Assembly (NCBI RefSeq): GCF_006345805.1
Contig: NC_043022.1
Location: 11,408,001 to 11,472,000 of the forward strand
Origin: Octopus sinensis
Taxonomy: Eukaryota
Direction: 5' to 3'
Length of the DNA: 64,000 nt
A program made the position numbers and the translations under genes. The notes beneath the pieces were generated by a model. The model was not told where the DNA came from and ran no database searches. It was given only the letters and a program-made list of their open reading frames with translations. Below, in pieces: positions 26,101 to 36,805 of the stretch. The first letter of the stretch is position 1. The number at the start of each line of letters is the position of its first letter.

Positions 26101-29100
26101 GAGGACGTCATCAACTATCCAATAGAGGTACTCAATTCCTTTGAGCACCCCGGACTACCACCACACTTTCTCAAACTTAAAGTTGGTGCCCCTATAATGC
26201 TCATCAGAAATTTGGTTCCCCTGTAAGAGTTAGCACTTCCTTCTCTAAGCTTGGATTCAAAATCAAATCCAAGAATCATCGGTCGTCAAGCTTGGATTCA
26301 AAATCAAATCCAAGCTTAGAGAAGGAAGTGCTAACTCTTACACCCCCAAAACAATGCAATGGCACACGTTTTATCGTTAAGTCCTTATCTCCCACCGTAA
26401 ACTTATATCAATATTTGCCTGAATAATCATCATAATTCAGTGCAATCATTAACAGTACTTTCAAGCAATTCAGCCCCGAGCAACGCCGGGCAATTCTGCT
26501 AGTGCCAATTAAATGCCAGCAAGCTTTATGTGATTAGTCGGAGATTTGGACAGTACTCGCGTGTATGTGTGCACGCACACAGCTGTATATGCATGCACTA
26601 GCACTATGACCCGGTGATGCTGGGTCATAGTGCTAGTTTGAATATAAAACAGGTGGAATATTTTAGCCAGGTTTGGTCAGTTTAAATGCTAAAGGGTTAA
26701 TTGTTTCAAACATCCCTAACATTCTCGTTATCAATTAATATTGATTTCTAACATTGGTACAAGCCTCAAATTAGTGGTGAAAGTTGGAATCAGTTAGATT
26801 TACTTTAATGGTACTTTACTTTTAACTTTCATGAGGCGGATAAATAAAGTTGATCATGGCAAGATTTGAACAACTTCAGAAGCTAGAGAGTTGTAACTAA
26901 ACACTGCAATAATGCTCGACTGATTAATGATACATGGCACTTGTATATACGATACGTTTATGGTTTCATACTTTCTTATAAACTGTCACAAGATTGTATT
27001 TACATGTTCCCCTACAAAATCACTTCAAAATATCTTTCAGTAAGTGTATGATGAAACATGCTAAAAATGGTTTTCCACAAAATATTCTTATAAAATAAGG
27101 ATGATAAGGTATTCTGTGGGTGGATCTCAAATCTGAAGATGTAATCTTAGCTAGTGTTCCATTATACAGTCTTTATGATTGGAAGGAAGTTTAATAAAAA
27201 TAGAAACTGAGTTGATTCTATGTCAAAATTTATCTTTTTGAGCCAAAAGATAACAATATTAGATCATAATAAATTCTGGATAGAAACAGTTGTGAGAATG
27301 TTTGGTAATATAAGAAACAAAAGTTATACATTTCGTTTTTGGATTTGGTTTGCAAGATTCTTTATATGAGTTCATGTGTTGAAGCATATTCTGTTGTGTC
27401 TGGGGAGAGTCATTCTCTTTTAGTGCCTTCTTATTTAACACACTCACCGGTAAAATTTCCACTTATTTTTATTTTCTAAAATTTTCATTGCATGTTGCAA
27501 CCTTTTCAGTCAAGACTATTGAAAAGGTTGCAACACGCAACGAAAATTTTAGAAATTAAAAATAAGAAATAAGTGGAAATTTTACCGGTGAGTGTGTTAA
27601 ATAATAAGGCACTAGAAGAGAATGACTCTCCCCACACACAACAAAAGTTATACATTTCACCAGACTTAATCAAGTTCTGAAGCACATCTTTTTTTTGTGT
27701 TTTATTCTAACAGGTCCTCCAGTGATTGTTTCTCCTCCAATTAAGGACATTGAAGTTGAAATTGGTGGAACATTCACAATTGTCTGCAAAGCTGTTGGAG
27801 TTCCAGTACCTCTCATCATATGGCGTCTAAACTGGGGCAACATTCCCAAAGGAAGTCGAGTGGTCACAACAAGTCATAATGGTCATGGTATTTTAACAAT
27901 CTCTGATGCAAGGCTTGAAGATGCTGGAGCATACACATGTGAAGCTATGAACAACAGAGGAAGCATTTTTGCCTTACCTGATGCTATTATTGTGGTCAGG
28001 AGTAAGTATTTTTGTGTTATCGTTGCTTCAAAAGAGAGTGTATGTAGCATGTGTGTGTGTGTGTATTAACTATATATACATACATACACACACATACACA
28101 TACACAAAAACACACACACACACGCGCACAATTTATCAACCCTGAAAGGATGAAAGGCAAAGTCGACCTCGGCGGAATTTGAACTCAGGACGTAAAGACA
28201 GACAAAATACTACTAAGCATTTTGCCCGGCATGCTAACATTTCTTTTCATGGCAAGACTTGAACAAACTCAGAACTTAAAGAGGCTCTAAATTGCTAGTA
28301 TTCTGAATTTCATGTTTCTCTCTTTCCAATAATCTATGAAAACATGTCCAATCATGGGAAAATATTACCTTACTTAGAAATAGATGAGGGTTAATGACTG
28401 AAGGACATATCATGGTAGAAAATCTGCCTTAGTGAATTTTGTCTGACCCATGTAAGCATGGAAAAATGAATGTTCCAACAATGATGATGAAATATATATA
28501 ATATACATAATATATGCACATACAGATAGTGGATATAAATATGTATGTATGTGTGTGTGTATGTATACACACACACACACACATATATAAATTAGAAAAA
28601 ACTACCATTTTTTCTAATTTATATATATTATATTTTGTGAAATTTTATTTAGTATTTCTAAATTGAATTTTCCCTGTAAGTTTGGAATAATATTCCCTCA
28701 TATTATATATATATATATATACACACACAATGACTAAATTTGTTGCTAAATAAGCATTCTTCAGATGGCTGTGGTTTGTGTGAAGATGTTTCTCTCCAAT
28801 GGATTTCATATCTAATTATTTTTATTCTTCAGCAGTATATTGTCCATCTCTTTTGGTCATGTGTAAGGTGAACTGACCACTGACAAGGATGTTAGGTAAC
28901 AGGTGTATATGTACACACACACACACAGATCAACAGTGGACTTTTTTTTTTTTAACTTGTTTCAGTCATTTGACTGCGGCCATGCTGGAGTACCGCCTTT
29001 TAGTCGAGCAAATCGACCCCGGGACTTATTCTTTGTAAGCCCAGTACTTATTCTATCGGTCTCTTTTGCCGAACCGCTAAGTGACGGGGACGTAAACACA

Positions 29101-32100
29101 CCAGCATCGGTTGTCAAGCAATGCTAGGGTGACAAACACAGACACACAAACACACACACATACATATATATATATACGACGGGCTTCTTTCAGTTTCCGT
29201 CTACCAAATCCACTCACAAGGCTTTGGTCGGCCCGAGGTTATAGTAGAAGACAGTTGCCCAAGGTGCCACGCAGTGGGACTGAACCCAGAACCATGTGGT
29301 TGGTTAGCAAGCTACTTACCACACAGCCACTCCTGCGCCTGTTATGTATTTAATCAGGTTTCATTTTACAATTAAGATTAGCAAGATGAAATTTGGTAAT
29401 ATACTCTTTTACAATTTTACTTGTTTCAGTCACTTGACTGTGGTCATGCTGGAGCACCACCTTCAATCGAGCAAATCGACCCCAGGACTTATTCTTTATA
29501 AGCCTTGTACTTATTCTGTCGGTCTCTTTTGCCGACCTGCTAAGTTACAGGGATGTAAACACACCAGCATCAGTTGTCAAGCGATGTTGGGGGGACAAAC
29601 ACACACACATATATATACATATACATATATATGACAGGCTTTCAATTTCCATCTACCAAATACACTCACAAGGCTTTGGTCATCCCGAGGCTATAGTTGA
29701 AGACACGTGCCCAAGGTGCCATGCAGTGGGACTGGACCCGGAACCATGTGGTTGGTAAGCAAGCTACTTACCCCTCAGCCACTCCTGCATTTTGTGAAAG
29801 TATTAAACAAGTGTCATCCACATTCAACATAATCAATTTCCTCTGTCTACTTCGATGTCTCTCAACTGTTACATATCAAATACCATTGGTTAGACGTTCT
29901 TTATCACTGTTCTTTTATTCATCTTTTCTAATGTTACTCTATTTTCTCCCCCATTTTCAGGACAGAAAGGCGTTTGTCTTCCACCACTCTTCAATGACAT
30001 TGCCGTTTCCAGAGAGGAATGTATGAGTTGCTTCTGCTTCAAGCGATCAATTCGTTGCAACAGCAGCAACCTGAAGAAAGTCTGGGTAAGTTTGTGCAAC
30101 ATCAGTATAATCTCCTTCTTTCTTTATGCCTTTAACTCCACCCTCCAATGCGGAGTATAGGCCACTTATAGTTGAATTCCATGTCACATAATTTTTGGCT
30201 TCTGTATTTATACTCTGCCATGAATGTCCCCCTTTCTCTAGTTCCTTTTGTGTTGATCTCCACCGCGAGTTCTTAGGCCTACCTCTCCTTCTATATCCAT
30301 CCAGTTTTCACTGTAAAGCACTTTTCACTACATTTGGTGTGTCTTTTCTAATTGTTCTACCAATCCACTTCCACTTTTTCTTAAATATTTGCTCCCTAAT
30401 CGAAACTTGATTTGTTCTTTGCCATAGCTCCATATTGCTTATGTGTTCGGGCCATCTAATTTTAAGTATAATCTCCTATTGATCTCCTAATCTCCTAATA
30501 GTCAGCTAAGATTAAATGAGTGATTAAGTTAGTGGGTCTTAATTTAACTTTTGAGAATATGAAAAAGCTAAAATGATATGGTATTGAACTATAAATCTTG
30601 CAATTTGTGAGTTCAAATCCACTTCATATTTTACATTACTTTGCTGTTAGACTTATGTTAGAAACGTACATCATCATCATCATCTCAAAACTAGGAAACA
30701 CCATGTTGCTATTGTGAAATCTTTAAAATCATTGATGTAAAATAAAATATTTCTTCTTCCCTAACTTGTTGTATTAGGCATAGAATATATTTATTTATTA
30801 TTTATCTTAAATCTATATTCAGATCACCATGGGTAGCAATTTGAAGCTTGTGAGGCGTCGTGGAGACACAATCCCAGAAGATGTTAGCGATTCATTGGTT
30901 TCTTATGATGTCAGCAAGCGAGAATTTAGCATTCCAGGCAACCGCATTATTCCATCTGGTGTCTACTACTTCAGCCTTCCCCGTCAGTATTTGGGAAATA
31001 AGGTAAGCAGTTTTAAGATTTCATTCTTGTGCATCTCTTTGTTCTTTCAGTAAATTAATTCTTTCATTTATAGAAATTTCTTATTGTGATGAAGCTGAAC
31101 TTTTCTGATTAAAAATAAGAAAGGAGAAAGTAGCATCACTGCATATATATTTAAGTGTATATTTCTGCTTGTAGCGTGGAAGGTGTTTGTAAGCCATTTA
31201 AGAAACACACAAAAGCCATTTGATTCACTTCAACATTTAAGTTTAATTTGTCAAAATATTTTCGTCGCTTTAAGACCGCGACCTGTTCATCATCATCATC
31301 ATTTAGCGTCCGTTTTCCATGCTAGCATGGGTTGGACGGTTCTACTGGGGTCTGTAAAGCCAGAAGGCTTCATCAGGCCCAGTCAAATCTGGCAGTGTTT
31401 CTACGGCTGGATGCCCTTCCTAACGCCAACCACTCCGTGAGTGTAGTGGGTGCTTTTTACGTGCCACCCGCACTGGTGCCAGACAGAGCTGGCAAACGGC
31501 CACGAACGGATGGTGCTTTTTATGTGCCACCGGCACGAGGGCCAGGCGAGGCTGGCAACGGACACGAAACGGGGCGGTGCTGGCAACGGTCGCGAAACGG
31601 AAAGTTCTCTTACATGCCACCGGCACTGGTAACACATCTGCAATTTCCATTGATCGATTTCGATTCTGATCCTCACTTGCCTCAATGGGTCTTCACAAGC
31701 AGAGTTTCGACATGCCACCGGCACTGGTAGCACATCCGCAATTTCCATTGATCGATTTCGATTCTGATCCTCACTTGCCTCAACACGTCTTCATAAGTAG
31801 AGTTTTGTGTCCCAAGAAGGGAAGGTATGCATACGTAGGCTGGCTCCATCCCATGTAGAAGGCCACGGGTTGTGGACTCACTTGTCCTGCCGGGTCTTCT
31901 CGCGCACAGCACACTTCCAGAGGTCTCGGTCTCTAGTCATTTCCTCAGTGAGACCTAAAGTTCGAAGGTCGTGCTTCACCACCTCGTCCCAGGTTTTCCT
32001 GGGTCTGCCTCTTCCACAGGTTCCCTCAACCGCTAGGGTGTGGCACTTTTTCACACAACTATCTTCATCCATTCTCGCCACATGACCATACCAGCGCAAA

Positions 32101-34179
32101 CGTCTCTCTTGCACACCACAACTGATGCTTCTTAGGTCCAGCTTTTCTCTCAAGGTACTTACACTCTGCCGAGTGTGAGTACTGGCATTACACATCCATC
32201 GGAGCATACTGGCTTCATTTCTAGCGAGCTTACGCATATCCTCAGCAGTCACGGCCCATGTTTCACTGCCATGTAGCATGGCTGTTCGTACACACGCATC
32301 ATACAGTCTGCCTTTCACTCTGTGCGAGAGGCCTTTTGTCACCAGCAGAGGTAAGAGCTCTCTGAACTTTGCCCAAGCTATTCTTACTCTAGCAGTTACA
32401 CTTTCAGCACACTCGCCCCCGCTGCTGACTTGGTCACCTAGGTAACGGAAACTATCAACTATTTCTAGTTTTTCTCCCTGGAAAGTGACGGAAGTTGGTC
32501 TCAGAGCATTTTCAGTGTTTATTGTTCCTGAGCATCTGCCACATACAAAAACCATCTTCCTAGTTAGCCTTCCTTTGACATTGCTGCATCTCTTATGTGT
32601 CCATAGCTTACACTTGGTGCATCTTATAGAGTTTCTACCTACGCCTTTTCTACAGATCGAGCAGGGCCATCTACCTGAAGGTGTTTGTGATTTGTCTACC
32701 TTCCTACTGATTACGACTTTGGTTTTAGCTAGATTGACTCTGAGGCCCTTCAATTCTAATCCTTGTTTCCACACCTGAAACTTCTCCTCCAGTTCTGATA
32801 GCGACTCAGCAATTAGAGCAAGGTCATCAGCATAGAGGAGCTCCCAAGGGCATCCTGTCTTGAATTCCTCCGTTATTGCCTGGAGGACTATGATAAATAG
32901 GAGGGGGCTGAGTACTGAGCCTTGGTGGACCCCTACCTCTACCCGGAATTCTTCACTGTACTCATTTCCAACCCTCACCCTACTAGCGGCGTCCCTATAC
33001 ATGACCCGCACAGCTCTCACTAACCATTCATCTATCCCTAGTTTTCTCATTGCCCACCAGATAAGGGATCGGGGGACCCTGTCGAAGGCTTTCTCCATGT
33101 CAACAAAAGCCAGGTACAGGGGCTTATCTTTGGCTAGGTATTTCTCCTGCAGCTGCCTTACCAGGAATATAGCATCAGTAGTACTTTTTCCTGGCACAAA
33201 CCCAAACTGCATCTCATCTAAACTAACTCTCTCTCTAATTAGTTGGGCTATGACCCTCTCCGTAACCTTCATCACCTGGTCCAACAGCTTGATACCTCTG
33301 TAGTTATTTGAGCTTGATACCTCTGTAGTTATTTGTTCACTGACAAAAATCTGTGCTGCATCTGGATTTTTGTCAGTGAACAAGTCGCGGTCTCAAAGCA
33401 ACGAAAATATTTTGACAAATTAAACTTAAATGTTAAAGTGAATCGAACGGCTTTTGTGTGTTTCTTAAATGGCTTACAAACACCTTCCACGCTGCAATTG
33501 TTTTCGTTCCAGCACACGATCTCAGATAAAATCACTTGTTATGCGAGTACATCTCCGTAATTTCTGCTTGTGTTTTTGTGAAAATGTATGCAAGTAAATG
33601 AAATGTGGTATGAGAATGAAAATGGAAAACCCCTCAAGTGTATAACCTATAAATGTATGTACACTATACATTATGGTTGATACATCTTTGATACTTGGTA
33701 TACTTTACTATATGTGTATGTGTGTGTGTGTGTTTGTGTTAATCATGTAATTTGGAAACTTTTTTTATATTGTAGTTTCTAACATAACACTGTTAACTCT
33801 TTCAATGTTATTTTACCATTTGAAGATGTCAAAAGCTTAGAGCAACCTTGCTTTTGCTGTTAGCTTAGGAAATATAATATATTCTCTCTCTCTCTCTCTC
33901 TCTTACTTTCTCAATCTCTCTCTCACGTTCTCAATCTCTCTCTCCCTTTTCTCCCCTTTCTCTCATTCTCTTCCACTTTCCCAGTATCGTGACAAGTCAT
34001 CTGAAAGCATGATTGGATATGAAATTAGTTGAAAGCAGTTTCTAGTCATTTAATTCATGAGATATGTCGTCGTCTTCTTCTTCTTCTTCTTCTTCTTCTT
34101 CTTCTTCTTCTTCTTCTTCTTCTTCTTCTTCTTCTTCTTCTTCTTCTTCTTCTTGTTGTTGTTGTTGTTGTTGTTGTTG

Positions 34180-34214
<35 letters not shown>

Positions 34215-36744
34215 TTGTTGTTGTTGTTGTTGTAATATTAATAATAATGGAAATGCCACTTTGTTTTCAATTAAATAACTATTCACTGACAAATTTTCTC
34301 AAAGATAAAGACTTCTTCAAAAGTGTAAACATGTTTCTAAGATAATGCAAAATAAGATTAATATTGTGCAAAAATAACGATACCTTTTCTGTATTATATA
34401 TTTTTTTTCAATCTTAATATATTTAATTAAATTAATTGATTATTTTTTTTTATTTACAGTTGACCAGTTATGGTGGTGATTTACAATACAAGATGTATTT
34501 TGACAGAAATGGAGCCCCATCTAGAATTGAAGAACCAGATATTATCTTAATGGTAAATTTCATAAGTCTTTTCTTTTGTTGAGTATTTTTAACATTTTGT
34601 CGAAGCAAGTTAGATTGATTGGTTAAAAGTTTCATTTCATAACCCTGATCCTGCTGCACGGCATCTTGGATAAATGCCTTTACCATACCCTAGGGTTGGC
34701 TCAAGCCTTATGAGTGGACTTAGATTGTTGGAAACTATACAGAAGCCTGTCAGATGAATTGTACCGGTAACTCAAAGGTCCAGCCTTGTTATATTTGTGT
34801 CATGTTGATACTATCTTAGAAATACATTAAGGGTACATGTCGGTGGCTTCTCAGCTACTTTGCATTCCAATTCAAAGAGCAGATCACCCACATGACTGGA
34901 CAGTCATTCATCAAAATCAACAATCCAATAGGAGCAGTCACCAAAGCTTATCCAGCATTAAGTAACAATAGTCATCATCATCATCATCATCATACGTCTG
35001 TTTTCCATGCTAGCATGGGTTGGACGGTTCAACTGGGCTCTGGAAAGCCAGGAGGCTGGCAATGGCCACAATTGGTTGGTGCATTTTTATGTGTCATTTC
35101 ATTAGTAATGTTATATGGAATGTTGAAACAATATTTCGATCACAAATATTACCAAATGATTTGCATACAGGATAAAAATTGAAAATATTTTTGAAAATTA
35201 GGGCAAATAAAAGATGTACCTATTTGCTTCACTACCAGTCACTTCCTTTGTCCCCAGTACCTATATGAAATTCTCCACGACCCTTTCTGAAATTAATATA
35301 CTTCAGTAAATTAATATACTTCAGTAAACATGGAAAATGATCATAATCATGCAGGAAAATTTTCTACAGATACCATCAACATGGAAAATAACAACCAAGT
35401 TGGATCCATTATACTTCATATAAGAGAGTGCGATGAGGGAATTTGATAATGAGAACTGCTTGTGCAGTAAGGATAAGAAAAGATTAGCTCAATGAATGGC
35501 AAATATGGGTGATAACTTGGTGAATGTTTGTCTTATAACTTTCATCATACTTGCCATATTAGTGACAAGAAAAACTATATTGATATGCATTGATGTACAA
35601 GGTGGTGAGCTGACAGAAGCGTTAGCGAAATGCTTAACAGTATTTCATCTGTCTTTCCATTCTGAGTTCAAATTCTGCTACGGTTGGCTTTGCCTTTCAT
35701 CCTTTCGGGGTCAATAAATTAATTACCAGTTGTGTATTGGGGTCTATTTATTTTACTAGTCCCCTCCCTCAATATTTTGGGCCTTGTGTCTAGAGCTGAA
35801 AAGGATATATATATTGATGTACAATGATATTTATATACAAGAAAATACTCAAGTAGACATTTATTATTATTATTTTCGTTAAATATTCTTCTTGTCATAT
35901 CTTTTTGTTTTTAAGGTAATCCAAAATACCTTCATCTTATATTTTATAATTATAGGGTAGTGGCTTGACAATTTTCTACAGAGTTTCAAAGAATCTCAAC
36001 CCAGGTCGTGAAAACTCAATCAGAGTACCAATGCTTGAGGTTTGTATTCTGCTTTCTACATACATATATAAGTACACAGGGCAAATTATCAATATTTATA
36101 TGTACATAATACACACACACACTCTCACTCTCTCTCTCACACACTCATACACACACACACACACACACTCTCTCTCTCTCTCTCTCATATATATTGTTTC
36201 TGATATATCAATTGTGAAAGATAACAGTGTTAATATCTACATTGTAGCCTGAAAAATATTTGAAGGTTATGAAACTTCCATATGGGAATACAACATATTA
36301 ATTATTTATACTTCCTTGGAATTGAGTTCTTTTCCAGTTTGTTTGTAGTTGCTCTATGTTTGATCTATGCGTATCTGCATATGTTACAAATACTGATATG
36401 TGTGTGTGTATGTGTGTTATTCCTTTGTTTTATGCTAATTTTTCCATGATAGATTTCCCATTCTACTTATTGTCCAGGAAAAAAAATGTAAAAGATCATT
36501 GCAGAATCAAGACTGCATGAGATTGTAAGATTTCTCGCTGAATTTTAGAGAAAGTAGTGTTATAAATTGCTTTCTACAGTGTTCATATATATGTCCACAT
36601 ATGCATACATGTATGGACATATATTAGCACTTTCATTTGTTTTTTGAACTTGTCAAGGCAACCAAAATTTTGGCTTTGTCTTGATGAGTTCAATGAATGA
36701 ATGAAAGTGCTAAGGAAGAATTATCCAAAATTCTGACTCTCCTC

Positions 36745-36805
<61 letters not shown>

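Larger units (their letters stand above)
23883..26636 (+). mobile_element. short non-autonomous Helitron family B, interrupted by Helitron A
   Basis: 5' TCTCTATATATATAAA; 3' hairpin and CTAG; A|T target. The two halves rejoin to match the intact copy at 53863-54214. Confidence 0.85.
23722..26696. mobile_element. piggyBac-like MITE hosting nested Helitrons
   Basis: TTAA|CCCTTTAGCATT ... AATGCTAAAGGG|TTAA. Related TTAA/CCC MITEs at about 39993-40212 and 61243-61801. Confidence 0.8.
31173..33559. mobile_element. asymmetric fold-back element with hammerhead motifs, split by a LINE insertion
   Basis: 31173-31289 is the reverse complement of about 33377-33493; hairpin centre 33334-33382; TSD ATTTCTGCTTGT at 31161-31172 and 33560-33571. 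Confidence 0.85.

Noticed and set aside
33311-33383. N-terminus [13 protein letters not shown] of the 501-aa ORF as a real start
   Set aside because: It derives from the fold-back centre and the junction duplication, fused by chance to a 5'-truncated LINE.
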